The notes beneath the pieces were generated by a model. That model did no database searches. It worked only from the letters and a program-made list of their open reading frames with translations, and was not told where the DNA came from. A DNA stretch of 64,000 bases, taken from the NCBI GenBank assembly GCA_963803805.1, contig CAWDOD010000002.1, positions 704,001 to 768,000 of the forward strand, written 5' to 3'. Shown in pieces: positions 1-9,743 of this stretch (the first letter of the stretch is position 1; the number at the start of each line of letters is the position of its first letter). A program made the translations under genes and the position numbers. The stretch is from an uncultured cyanobacterium (lineage in GTDB: Bacteria > Cyanobacteriota > Cyanobacteriia > Cyanobacteriales > CAWCAG01).

Positions 1-1
1 A

Positions 2-319
2 CTTATCTTTGAACGTACCAGGGAGGAACTCAGGGCAGGTAAAAGTCTCTATCGAGGAGTAGAATCGGGTTTTTACCGCGCGTTTTCGAGTATTTTAGAT
101 AGTAATGTCACAACTTTAATCGCCTGTGCTGCCCTATTTTGGTTAGGTTCTGGCTTAGTTAAAGGTTTTGCTTTGACCCTAGCAATTGGTGTGGTTGTGA
201 GTATGTTTACTGCTTTAACCTGTAGTCGTACTCTGTTAATGTTAATAGTCCTCAGTGTGCCAAAAGTTCGTCAAAAACCAGAATTATTTTGTCCAAACTT
301 AAATGTAGCAACTAAGTGA
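2..319 (+). CDS. secD: Protein translocase subunit SecD, C-terminal part (5' end outside window)
   Basis: Frame 2 reads [63 protein letters not shown] to TGA at 317-319; typical SecD C-terminus, directly upstream of secF. Confidence 0.92.
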   Translation, partial: LIFERTREELRAGKSLYRGVESGFYRAFSSILDSNVTTLIACAALFWLGSGLVKGFALTLAIGVVVSMFTALTCSRTLLMLIVLSVPKVRQKPELFCPNLNVATK

Positions 320-358
320 TAGGTGACAGGTGATAGGTAATGGGTAGTAGGTGAGTAG

Positions 359-1319
359 ATGAAATTTAGTGTTATTAAACGGCAACGTTTGTGGTGGAGT
401 CATTTCTGCTGTTGCTATGGTCGGTAGTTTGCTGGCGATGGTTGTTTCCTTTAGCCAGTTAAATGCTCCCTTACGCCCTGGTTTAGACTTTGTAGGGGGA
501 ACTCGCCTACAATTAAGTTTAGATTGTTCTGAACCCCAAAACTGTGAACAAGCAATCGAACCCGGTGAAGTTAGGGAAGTTCTCACAGAAAAAGGACTAG
601 GGGGAAGTGGTGTTCAGGTTATTGACGAGCATACCGTAGCTATACGAATCAAAGAAAACCTGAGTGTAGACCAACGCAGCGACTTAGAAAAGGATTTAAG
701 CAAAGCAATTGGTAAATTTGACCCTAACGGCATTCAAATAGATACCGTGGGCCCCACCATTGGTAAAGAACTCTTCGTAGCGGGTTTGCTTGCTCTGATT
801 GTTTCCTTTTTCGGTATCATTGTCTATCTCAGCTTTCGCTTCAAATTCGACTATGCTATTTTCGCTATTTTGGCCCTATTCCACGATGTCTTAATTACCA
901 CAGGTGTTTTTGCAGTATTAGGTTTAGTGGCTAATGTTGAAGTAGACAGTTTATTCCTAGTAGCCCTACTTACTATCATTGGTTTTTCTGTCAATGACAC
1001 CGTAGTCATTTATGATCGCGTCCGTGAAACCAGTAGCAAAATGCCCAATGAATCAATCAATGAAATTGTTGATCTTGCGGTTAATCAAACCTTGGGACGT
1101 TCCATCAATACCACATTAACCACCCTACTCCCCCTAGTAGCAATCTTCCTGTTCGGAGGAGAAACTCTAAAATATTTCGCCCTTGCTTTAATAGTTGGTT
1201 TCATTTTGGGTGCTTATTCCAGTATTTTTATTGCTAGTAGCTTATTAGCGTGGTGGAGAGAACTAAAAGGTATCAAAAATATCGCCATTGCAGAAACGCA
1301 AGTTTCCGATGAAGTTTAA
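359..1319 (+). CDS. secF: Protein translocase subunit SecF (apparent +1 frameshift near 398-402)
   Basis: [21 protein letters not shown] and [16 protein letters not shown] motifs; ATG at 359 gives [13 protein letters not shown], a typical cyanobacterial SecF start, but in a different frame from the 369..1319 ORF. Confidence 0.92.
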
Positions 1320-1364
1320 ATTGTTAGACTCTCCCATCTCCTAGTCTCTCCATCTCTCAGCCTT

Positions 1365-1766
1365 CTAGTCTCTGACAACAAACCTCCAGAGGGGATGACT
1401 TGGCCCTGTGGCACGAATCTTTAATACTCCTCTTTCTAAATGTTGCCTTTCCCTGGGGGGAAGACCAATCAAAATATTACGACTTTGCCAGACTAAAACC
1501 GCTGTAGTTAAACCACAACAGAAAGCTACGCAGAGGGTAGCTAGGGGATTGTAAAACAAACCATAGCGCACAGCTACCCAAGTAAAATATTCTCTCCATA
1601 GTTCAATTTCGTAGCGCAGTCCCCAAATACCTAAAACCCCCAAACTTAACCAGGAAATAACGACAATAAGCCATCTAAAATAAACGGTAAGTCGATGCAA
1701 TCTTTGTACTTGCTTAGCAAGTTTGGGGTCAGCTTTAGCAAGAGGAGAAGTATTTTGAGGTTTCAT
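1365..1766 (-). CDS. Cyanobacterial hypothetical membrane protein (2 TM)
   Basis: 133-aa ORF with two hydrophobic segments and C-terminal GPSHPLW. Confidence 0.7.
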   Translation of the reverse strand: MKPQNTSPLAKADPKLAKQVQRLHRLTVYFRWLIVVISWLSLGVLGIWGLRYEIELWREYFTWVAVRYGLFYNPLATLCVAFCCGLTTAVLVWQSRNILIGLPPRERQHLERGVLKIRATGPSHPLWRFVVRD

Positions 1767-1853
1767 CGACTAAGCTCCTTCGGGAAAGAATTAGCTAATT
1801 TCAAGGGAGAATTCAGTTAAAATAACATAATCAGCCCTTAAACATCGAAGAAA

Positions 1854-2411
1854 GTGAAGCAGGAGAGAGTAACCGACAAATCAACCTCCCCCTTCTCGCC
1901 AGTTCCTAGTAAGCTGGTCAATAGTCACTATGGTCTTTTGGGACTTCATCCCTCAGCCTCAGTTGTTGATATTCGCCGTTCTTATCGAGAATTAAGCAAG
2001 CGCTACCATCCAGATACAACTGACTTGCCCACAGCAGAAGCCACAGCTAAATTTCAGCAACTCAATGAAGCCTATGCTACCTTAAGCAATCCAGAGTTGC
2101 GATCGCTCTACAATAATAAAATTGGTTATTCTCCCTTCCATGTCATTCAAGCTCCTTTAGAATCACAACAGAGGAAACCATCCCCCAGAAAATGGTCTAA
2201 TTCAGCTTATCTTGACCCCACAGACCGTCCTCTTTCTCCTGGAGAACTATTTGCTTTATTTATCTTGGGTTTAACCTTTGTGGGCTGCTTAATCATCGCT
2301 ATATTTATTGGTTTAACTAGGGGGGATACAGCGCTTCAAGTATCAAACCTTACTAAGATTAACTCTTGCGCCGTTGCTAATTTCCAGACTTTGTTAAAAA
2401 TATTATTTTAA
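1854..2411 (+). CDS. J-domain (DnaJ-like) membrane protein
   Basis: HYGLLGL...YRELSKRYHPD...FQQLNEAYATL J domain with HPD motif, plus C-terminal TM helix. Confidence 0.88.
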   Translation: MKQERVTDKSTSPFSPVPSKLVNSHYGLLGLHPSASVVDIRRSYRELSKRYHPDTTDLPTAEATAKFQQLNEAYATLSNPELRSLYNNKIGYSPFHVIQAPLESQQRKPSPRKWSNSAYLDPTDRPLSPGELFALFILGLTFVGCLIIAIFIGLTRGDTALQVSNLTKINSCAVANFQTLLKILF

Positions 2412-2416
2412 AATCA

Positions 2417-2689
2417 ATGCCTACCTTACCTTCTGAAACACCTCTTTATAACCATCCTTTACCAGAAATCGAGCAATGGCTAGCGAACTTAGGCTGCAAG
2501 CAAGACAGAGAAAACTTACATTGCTGGGAAGTAAAACGACCTAGTTGGCAAGCACAGTTGTGTCTCGATGTTGAGGAATTAACTGTCCACTATTTCCCAA
2601 CTGAGGAAGCTGAACAAGATATTACCCGTTCTTTCAAATATTCCCTTAGTCGTGGTGATATAGAATCAGCAGTTTTTTCTGGCCCCTAA
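2417..2689 (+). CDS. DUF3143-family protein
   Basis: TPLYNHPLPEIEQWL...RSFKYSLSRGDIESAVFSGP; usual neighbour of this J-domain gene in cyanobacteria. Confidence 0.75.
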   Translation: MPTLPSETPLYNHPLPEIEQWLANLGCKQDRENLHCWEVKRPSWQAQLCLDVEELTVHYFPTEEAEQDITRSFKYSLSRGDIESAVFSGP

Positions 2690-2707
2690 CACAAGAAATT
2701 AAATTTT

Positions 2708-2989
2708 ATGGTTCAATCAACGGAACATTGTTACATTATTAAAAATAGTGAAATTCTTAGTGGAGAGCCTATTATCAAAGAAACAAGGACTCCAGTACGA
2801 GCGATTGTGGAAATGTGGCGTATGGGCATTTCCCCAGAAGAAATTCCTCAGCGCTTACCCCATCTAGTTTTATCCCAAGTTTTTGATGCTCTTAGTTATT
2901 ATCTGGATCACCAAGCAGAAATCAATGAATATATTGAGCTTAATCGTATTCCAGAAGAGTTAATTGATCCGAGAGTTCGCAAAGCATGA
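2708..2989 (+). CDS. DUF433 antitoxin-like protein
   Basis: ILSGEPIIKETRTPVRAIV...LSQVFDALSYY; stop overlaps start of next gene (ATGA). Confidence 0.85.
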   Translation: MVQSTEHCYIIKNSEILSGEPIIKETRTPVRAIVEMWRMGISPEEIPQRLPHLVLSQVFDALSYYLDHQAEINEYIELNRIPEELIDPRVRKA

Positions 2990-3333
2990 GTGATATTTTT
3001 ATTCATGTTTATCTAGATGAAGATATTGATGTTCTAGTTGCAACTCTTTTGCGTTCTCGTGGATTTGAAGCAACTACTGCTCGTCAAGCAGGGCAACTGG
3101 GAAAAACGGATGCAGAGCAATTGGAATATGCTGTTAGTCAACAAAGAGCTATCTTAACCCATAACAGAATTGATTTTGAAGTCCTTGCAAGAGAATATTT
3201 TGCACAAGAGAGGCTGCATTATGGAATTATTATTGCTGTTAGAAATCCGTATCAAGAAATTGTGCAAAGATTACTCACTATTTTGAATAGCACTACAATA
3301 GATGAAATGGAAAATCAACTTCTCTACATTTGA
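2986..3333 (+). CDS. DUF5615 PIN-like toxin
   Basis: YLDEDI...TDAEQLEYA...ILTHNRIDF...HYGIII; translationally coupled to DUF433. Confidence 0.85.
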   Translation: MSDIFIHVYLDEDIDVLVATLLRSRGFEATTARQAGQLGKTDAEQLEYAVSQQRAILTHNRIDFEVLAREYFAQERLHYGIIIAVRNPYQEIVQRLLTILNSTTIDEMENQLLYI

Positions 3334-3336
3334 AAG

Positions 3337-5724
3337 TTGAGTCGATTCGTAGGTTTTATAACAGTGGGAAGAAAAAAACGAAAGAAAAAGAAAAAATCTT
3401 CTACAGAAAATATTAAAACTAAATCAAAAGGTTTTGCTGTTCGTCGTCCTCAAGCAGAATTTACTGGATTTCGTTACTATCAAATGCCCTTACCAGTTAG
3501 GGGAATGTCCCAAGAGAAGACTAATGAAGCAATCCAGAAACTAGGCGGAAAATTTGAGCAGCAGTTTGAAACTTCTCTCGAAAAACTGCGGGAAAAAGCT
3601 CTTAAAGTAGAGCCTTGCTCTCTACTGTCACTTTTTTCAAACTATGATTTGACAACTTCTCCTGGTGTCAATCGTGAGTTTACCGAAGAAGATCCTATTC
3701 TTCAACATCACGTAGAATTCTTACAAGGTTTGCTTCTTCAATATTCACCTGATTCATTCGATTCTACACCAGCCTTACCGGAAGACTTTGTTGAAATTCG
3801 TCAACTTGTTCAGGACGTTACAGAGGGATTTCCAATGAGGCGGTTAGCTGCAACTGACTCATCATTACCTGTAGAGCAACGTCAGCAGATTAGACTTTTA
3901 GAAAGTATTAGAGCAGAGACTCAAGCCATTCGTAATTGGGCATACCCTCAACAAACTAGACGGATAGTTTCAGATTTGTTTTCCAGCTTAGATGATGAGA
4001 TCGAACAAAAAACTGGAGTTAGAATTGCTTATTTAGTTGAAATGTGGTTCAACTTATGTGAGCTTATTGAAGGCAAAATCAACCAGCATCGGAACTTAGT
4101 TTTGTCTGCACTTCGTGCTAAAAATATTAAAACAGTTACCAAAAGATACTATCAAGCTTTCCCTGACTCAAATTTATCCCCGGATGAACTTTTAGATATT
4201 GTAAAAGATAATAACTTAAATCTTGATAACGTAAGAGCTATTCTTTTGGGAGATAGTGATATCAAGCTAAGTGAAATTTTTACATTAACGATACAAGACT
4301 TTGTGGATGCTTATCCACAAACTATTAATCCAAACTTACTAAAAAATGTTTTAACAACTTGGACTTTATCTTTTGGAGATTTATCAAATTTTAATACAGA
4401 GTATTTATTTCTTGGTAATCCTGTTTGGAAAAAACCTCTAATTAAGCTTAATGATAAAACTTATTTTTGTCCGATATTGACACTTTTTTTAAACTATTTG
4501 ACAGAGCTGATGGAAGCTGTCATTAAACCCTACACAGAACTCTATCAAAAATATGAGGAGCGTCGAGGGAAATTTTTGGAAGAAGAAATTTATCGACTCT
4601 TTCATGAAGCTTTTCCCTCGGCTAAAATTTACAGAGGTAGTAATTGGGTTGATCCAATAACCCAAAAGAATTTTGAAAATGATCTTTTAGTTTTACTTGA
4701 TTCCCATTTGCTAGTTGTAGAGGCTAAATCTGGTCGAGTAACAGAAACTACACGACGTGGAGCAGTAGGTAGTCTGAAGAAGATTCTTAAAAGGTTGGTA
4801 GTAGAACCATCAATTCAATCGAAAAGATTTGCTGATTATTTAAGAGATAATCCAGGATTGCACACGTTTAAAAATTACAAGGGAGAAATGAATGAAATTG
4901 ACAATTCAAATGTTCATGAAATAATTCGTTTAAGTGTCACTTTAGAATCTTTAAGTACTATTTTTTGTCGCTCAACTGACTTAAAAGAAGCAGGATTAAT
5001 TCCATCTAATCTACAGATTTCCCCAACTATACTCCTCGCTGATCTGGAAATTATCTTTGAGATTTTGGAGGGAAGCTGTGAGAAACTACATTATTTAATG
5101 AGACGAGAAGAATTTGAGCAGAATGCCGAATATATTGGAGAAGAAATTGACTTGCTAGGCTTCTATCTTGATACAGGATTCAACATTGGAGAACTTGATT
5201 TTAAACATAATACACATAACAAGCTTTGTTTCTCAGGTGCGTCAAACATTTTTGATCCGTTCTTTCTAAAAGAACTTCCTGAAAAAGAAACCCCAAAACC
5301 AAAGCGCAAATTAACAGATTGGTGGAGAAAAATTATTCATAGAATTGAGACCCAGCAGTTTCAGCGTTGGACAGAAGCTGGGTGTATGCTACTTAACTTT
5401 GCTTATAATGAACAACTAGAGTTTGAAAAGAACTTCAAGCATACTAAGAAAGTTGTCAATAAATCTTGGGAAAAACCAGACCACATTAATACCTGTATAT
5501 TGATTAATGAAATAGCGCCAGAACGAGGTGCAGTGGCAGGATTAGCATATAAGCGTCTCAGTAGAGAAAAAAGAAACTTAACAATAGAAAATACTATAGA
5601 GCAAACTATGGATATTTCTGAGGTTAACCAAGTTTTTGTGATTGGAGTAGACGTTGAACATAATGATTACCCCTATACCGTAGGTGGTTATTATCCCAGT
5701 CAAGAAAAAGATAATTCTTGTTGA
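3337..5724 (+). CDS. Large hypothetical protein with NERD-like PD-(D/E)XK nuclease motif (probable start GTG 3364)
   Basis: RGKFLEEE...ENDLLVLLDSHLLVVEAKSG fits E..D..ExK; AT-rich; poly-Lys N-terminus. Confidence 0.6.
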   Translation: MSRFVGFITVGRKKRKKKKKSSTENIKTKSKGFAVRRPQAEFTGFRYYQMPLPVRGMSQEKTNEAIQKLGGKFEQQFETSLEKLREKALKVEPCSLLSLFSNYDLTTSPGVNREFTEEDPILQHHVEFLQGLLLQYSPDSFDSTPALPEDFVEIRQLVQDVTEGFPMRRLAATDSSLPVEQRQQIRLLESIRAETQAIRNWAYPQQTRRIVSDLFSSLDDEIEQKTGVRIAYLVEMWFNLCELIEGKINQHRNLVLSALRAKNIKTVTKRYYQAFPDSNLSPDELLDIVKDNNLNLDNVRAILLGDSDIKLSEIFTLTIQDFVDAYPQTINPNLLKNVLTTWTLSFGDLSNFNTEYLFLGNPVWKKPLIKLNDKTYFCPILTLFLNYLTELMEAVIKPYTELYQKYEERRGKFLEEEIYRLFHEAFPSAKIYRGSNWVDPITQKNFENDLLVLLDSHLLVVEAKSGRVTETTRRGAVGSLKKILKRLVVEPSIQSKRFADYLRDNPGLHTFKNYKGEMNEIDNSNVHEIIRLSVTLESLSTIFCRSTDLKEAGLIPSNLQISPTILLADLEIIFEILEGSCEKLHYLMRREEFEQNAEYIGEEIDLLGFYLDTGFNIGELDFKHNTHNKLCFSGASNIFDPFFLKELPEKETPKPKRKLTDWWRKIIHRIETQQFQRWTEAGCMLLNFAYNEQLEFEKNFKHTKKVVNKSWEKPDHINTCILINEIAPERGAVAGLAYKRLSREKRNLTIENTIEQTMDISEVNQVFVIGVDVEHNDYPYTVGGYYPSQEKDNSC

Positions 5725-5771
5725 ATAGCTTAATGAAAAATTAAGTATGAACAAAGGTGCAAAATAGATTT

Positions 5772-6518
5772 TTATACTTTTCCAAAACGCCTATTGCGGT
5801 TTTGATAAGCCAACAAAGCCTTATGAAACTCCACTCGATTAAAATCGGGCCAAAGGGTCGAAGTCACATAAATCTCTGCATAAGCCATTTGCCACAACAA
5901 AAAATTACTCAAACGCATTTCCCCACTAGTACGAATCAACAAATCAGGATGGGAAAGCTGGGCTGTATAAAGACTTTTTCAAAAACCTCCTCATCAATCT
6001 CTTCTACTTTAAGAGTGCCTTGCTGTACTTGAGAAGCAATTTCCTGGCAAGCTTGAAGAATCTCTTGTCTGCCTCCATAATTAGTCGCCACCGTAAATTG
6101 GATACCTTGATTATTTTTAGTATCTTCCATCGACCGAAAAATTTCTTCTTGCAACGAGTCTGGCAAAGCCCTTAAATTGCCGATGAAACGAATTCTGACA
6201 TCTTCTGTCATCATCTCTGCCAACTCTCGCCGCAGCACTCTTTCAAATAGGGTCATCAAAAAATCCACTTCTTCTAGAGGCCGCCCAGTTTTCCGTAGAA
6301 AAAGCGTAAGCAGTCAAGGCCGGAATGCCCCAATCTCGACAGCAGCGTAATAAATCTTTTAAAACATCCACCCCACGACGATGACCCATAATTCTCGGTC
6401 GTCCTTTACCTTTAGCCCAACGGCCATTGCCATCCATAATTGCTGCCACATGGCGAGGTAGGCGATTTTTATCTAAATCCGGGGGTAATTTTTCTAACAC
6501 ACTTGGCTTGGCAGTCAT
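5772..6518 (-). CDS. uppS: Undecaprenyl/isoprenyl diphosphate synthase, split by two frameshifts (~6285, ~5977)
   Basis: [22 protein letters not shown] and NYGGRQEI; a third frame continues [27 protein letters not shown]...RRFGKV to TAA at 5772. Confidence 0.9.
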
Positions 6519-7435
6519 TTCTTCTTTTTGAAGGTTGTTGACGGAAAACGACGGATACGCTCTAGCAATGCTCGTCCTTGGGAACCCAAAAGGCGACCTA
6601 AACGACCTAGACCAGGAGCCACTGCCTCTCGGTCAACAGCAGGAGAGAACCTTGCTTCCAATAGCTCTTTTAGTTTACTGCTAGTTAATGGTCGGTTTAA
6701 ATTCCTCTTTTCAGCTAGAGATATAGAACCTGTTTCTTCCGAGACAACTATACACAAACATTTTTCCACTCTCTCTGTAATCCCCATAGCTGCTCGGTGG
6801 CGAGTACCTAATTGACGCGAAGCTATACGTTCAGATAGAGGTAAAATAACCCCCGCAGCAGCAATACGAGAACCTCGGACTAATACAGCCCCATCATGAA
6901 GTAAAGTTGAGGTTTGGAAAATAGTTTGCAATAATTCCTTAGAAATTTCCGCGTTGATAATCACTCCAGGAACAGAAAAATCCCGGTCATCGATAGGACT
7001 TCCTGTTTCCACGATAATTAGAGCGCCGGTGCGGTTTTGGGATAATTGTTTGACAGCATCAACAATTTCATCGATGACATTATCTGCTTCTGGTAATAGG
7101 CGGCGGGTAGGTTTTTGGCATAATTGCTTGATGTCTCCCCTCCCTAACCGCTCTAAAAATTGACGAAACTCTGACTGGAAAATAACAGCCATAGCTACAG
7201 AAGAACCAACTACAAGCTTTTCTAGCAAAAAACTCAACAATTCCAGGTTAAGTCTATTACTTACAACTGTAGCTAGCATGAGAATAATTAATCCTCTGAC
7301 CATCCATAGGGTACGACGCTCCCCAATAATTAGGAGAACGATGTAGGTAAGAGCGAGAACCAATCCGATATCAAGGCTATGAACTAGCCAAGACTGAATT
7401 TCCCGGAGGTCAGGAAGCGAACCCGACAAAGGCAT
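6515..7435 (-). CDS. cdaA: Diadenylate cyclase CdaA/DacA
   Basis: N-terminal TM helices, LHDGAV and GTRHRAA catalytic motifs, VSEETG; lysA-cdaA-uppS synteny. Confidence 0.92.
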   Translation of the reverse strand: MPLSGSLPDLREIQSWLVHSLDIGLVLALTYIVLLIIGERRTLWMVRGLIILMLATVVSNRLNLELLSFLLEKLVVGSSVAMAVIFQSEFRQFLERLGRGDIKQLCQKPTRRLLPEADNVIDEIVDAVKQLSQNRTGALIIVETGSPIDDRDFSVPGVIINAEISKELLQTIFQTSTLLHDGAVLVRGSRIAAAGVILPLSERIASRQLGTRHRAAMGITERVEKCLCIVVSEETGSISLAEKRNLNRPLTSSKLKELLEARFSPAVDREAVAPGLGRLGRLLGSQGRALLERIRRFPSTTFKKKK

Positions 7436-7475
7436 TACTTATACTTAAAGTGAAATAATGCTTACACTTACTCCA

Positions 7476-8912
7476 TCAGTGTTGATTGAGTAGTTTATTT
7501 TGAACAAGTCTTTCTGGCAAACAATCTTGCTTAATTAAATCTTGGTAGGTTTCCCTTTGGATAATTAAGTTAGTTTCCCCTTTATACACTAAAACAGTGG
7601 CTGGGCGGGGTAAACGATTGTAGTTAGAAGCCATACTATAGTTATAAGCTCCAGTACCCAGAACGGCGACAATATCCCTGGGTTGGAGTTTCGGAAGAAG
7701 TATATCTTTGATGACAATATCCCCTGATTCGCAATGCTTTCCGGCAATTGTAACAGTTTCTTGAAAAACTGCTGACATTCGGTTAGCAACGACGGCTTGA
7801 TAATCTGATTGGTAAGTAATAGGGCGAGGGTTATCTGACATACCACCATCAACAGAAACATAGGTTCTGATGCCTGGTATTTCTTTACGACTACCAACCC
7901 GATAAGCTGTGACGCAAGCTGAACCAATGAGCGATCGCCCTGGTTCAACAATCAGCTTAGGCAGAGGGATTTGTTTAGCTTGACAAGCTTTCTCCATTGC
8001 TTGGCAAGCTGCTTTGACCCATTCATCAATACTAGGGGGGTCATCTGCTTCGGTGTAGCGAATACCTAAACCGCCACCAATATTCAGTTCTTCAATGGCT
8101 AAACCATATTCCTGGGCTTTCTCTAGCCATTCTACTAAAACCCCAGCTAAATCTTGGTGGGGTTGGCGCTCAAAGATTTGGGAACCAATATGGGCATGAA
8201 GCCCAACACAGTTGAGGGTTGTCTGTTCTTTGAGGAAGCTAAAAACTTTGGGTAATTGATGGGGATCGAAGCCAAATTTGCTGTCAAGATGACCTGTACG
8301 AATATATTCATGGGTATGGCACTCAATGCCAGGAGTGATACGAACCATCACCCGCAGAGGTTTACTCAGTATTCCGGATAGGGAATATTCTTTGGTCATC
8401 TCAGCCAGCATCTCTAACTCAAGCCAGTTATCGATGATGACAGTACAACGATTATCAATGGCTAGTTGCAATTCTGCGGCGGATTTGTTGTTGCCATGAA
8501 AATAAATCTTGGCCGCACTAACCTCAGCTTGTAGGGCGGTGTAAAGTTCCCCGCCAGAAACCACATCCAAACCTAATCCTTCGCTATCAACGATGGCGCA
8601 AATTGCCAAACAACTCCAGGCTTTGGAAGCATAAATAACTAAGGATTCTCCAGGGTAATATTTAGCAAGGGCATCTCGATATTGGCGACAAGAGGCCCTT
8701 AAGGTTTCTTCATCCAAAATATAGAGGGGGGAGCGAAATTGTTCTACTAAACTAGTCACAGAGCAACCGCCAATTTCTAAACAATCTTGTTCATTAACTT
8801 TGGCAGTTAAAGGTAGAAGACTCTGGTTCGGAGAAATCGGTTTTTCTACATCCCTAGCATTAGGTAGATACTGATGTCCAGTTGATTCTAATTGAGGTTG
8901 AGTGGATAACAT
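7476..8912 (-). CDS. lysA: Diaminopimelate decarboxylase
   Basis: YASKA PLP lysine, HIGSQI, GGGLG, EPGRS, GKHCESGD, GAYNYSMASNYN. Confidence 0.96.
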   Translation of the reverse strand: MLSTQPQLESTGHQYLPNARDVEKPISPNQSLLPLTAKVNEQDCLEIGGCSVTSLVEQFRSPLYILDEETLRASCRQYRDALAKYYPGESLVIYASKAWSCLAICAIVDSEGLGLDVVSGGELYTALQAEVSAAKIYFHGNNKSAAELQLAIDNRCTVIIDNWLELEMLAEMTKEYSLSGILSKPLRVMVRITPGIECHTHEYIRTGHLDSKFGFDPHQLPKVFSFLKEQTTLNCVGLHAHIGSQIFERQPHQDLAGVLVEWLEKAQEYGLAIEELNIGGGLGIRYTEADDPPSIDEWVKAACQAMEKACQAKQIPLPKLIVEPGRSLIGSACVTAYRVGSRKEIPGIRTYVSVDGGMSDNPRPITYQSDYQAVVANRMSAVFQETVTIAGKHCESGDIVIKDILLPKLQPRDIVAVLGTGAYNYSMASNYNRLPRPATVLVYKGETNLIIQRETYQDLIKQDCLPERLVQNKLLNQH

Positions 8913-9058
8913 ATAGCAATTCTATTGGGAATGTAAATACAGAATTAAACGTTTTAGGAAATAGTCACTTTTTCAATAGGGGCAAGAAATACAGAGTTTT
9001 TGCTCTCAGAGTAAATCTGTCAGATTACAAATAACCAGCAAACGCCCTTGTTTTTTAA

Positions 9059-9658
9059 GTGTACAATTTCAAGGCAATGACTTTATCAGAACTTATTCTA
9101 GAACCCCTCAAACCAGAGCAGCTTTCTTTAGCTGTAGCATTAGATAAGTTATGTCTGGGGGGGCTTTGGAGCTTAGAAGGATATCAAAGGGAGTTAACTA
9201 GCCCCAATAGTCAATTTTTGGTAATTTCGCGTAATTGTTCCCCAACTTCCGAGCAATATTTAATTGGTTTAGGTTGTTTTTGGGCCATCTTAGAAGAAGC
9301 TCATATTACTCTTTTGGCTGTTCATCCTGATTACCAAAATCAAGGCTTAGGACAAATATTATTAATTAACTTACTCAAACAAGCTCGATTTCGTAACCTA
9401 GAACGAGCAACATTGGAAGTAAGAGCAACAAATCAAGTTGCTTTATCTCTCTATCAAAAGTTTGGTTTTCAAATAGCAGGAAAACGCCGAGGATATTACC
9501 AAAAAACGAATGAAGATGCCCTAATACTCTGGCTTAATCATTTGCAAACCAGAGAATTTGCCCAAAAATTGACTATTTGGTCACAAAAAGCCCACCAGCA
9601 CTTAATTTCTTCTGGCTGGATAATAAAAACGCTCCCCACCTCAGCCCATCAAAGCTGA
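9059..9658 (+). CDS. rimI: Ribosomal protein S18-alanine N-acetyltransferase (GNAT); alternative start 9077
   Basis: EAHITLLAVHPDYQNQGLG, LEVRATN, YQKFGF...RRGYY...EDAL. Confidence 0.88.
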   Translation: MYNFKAMTLSELILEPLKPEQLSLAVALDKLCLGGLWSLEGYQRELTSPNSQFLVISRNCSPTSEQYLIGLGCFWAILEEAHITLLAVHPDYQNQGLGQILLINLLKQARFRNLERATLEVRATNQVALSLYQKFGFQIAGKRRGYYQKTNEDALILWLNHLQTREFAQKLTIWSQKAHQHLISSGWIIKTLPTSAHQS

Positions 9659-9743
9659 ATTTACCCCACAGCAAGAAATTTGCCCTATGCTAGAATCAGC
9701 TTACAAGGGCAAGCAACAAAGCAACAGGTGATGGGAAAAGATC

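Noticed and set aside
5757-6032. 91-aa plus-strand ORF and the many other short ORFs overlapping long genes (within clpC, hpsA-D, gyrA, GH116)
   Set aside because: Antisense or alternate-frame shadows of well-supported genes with no independent motifs
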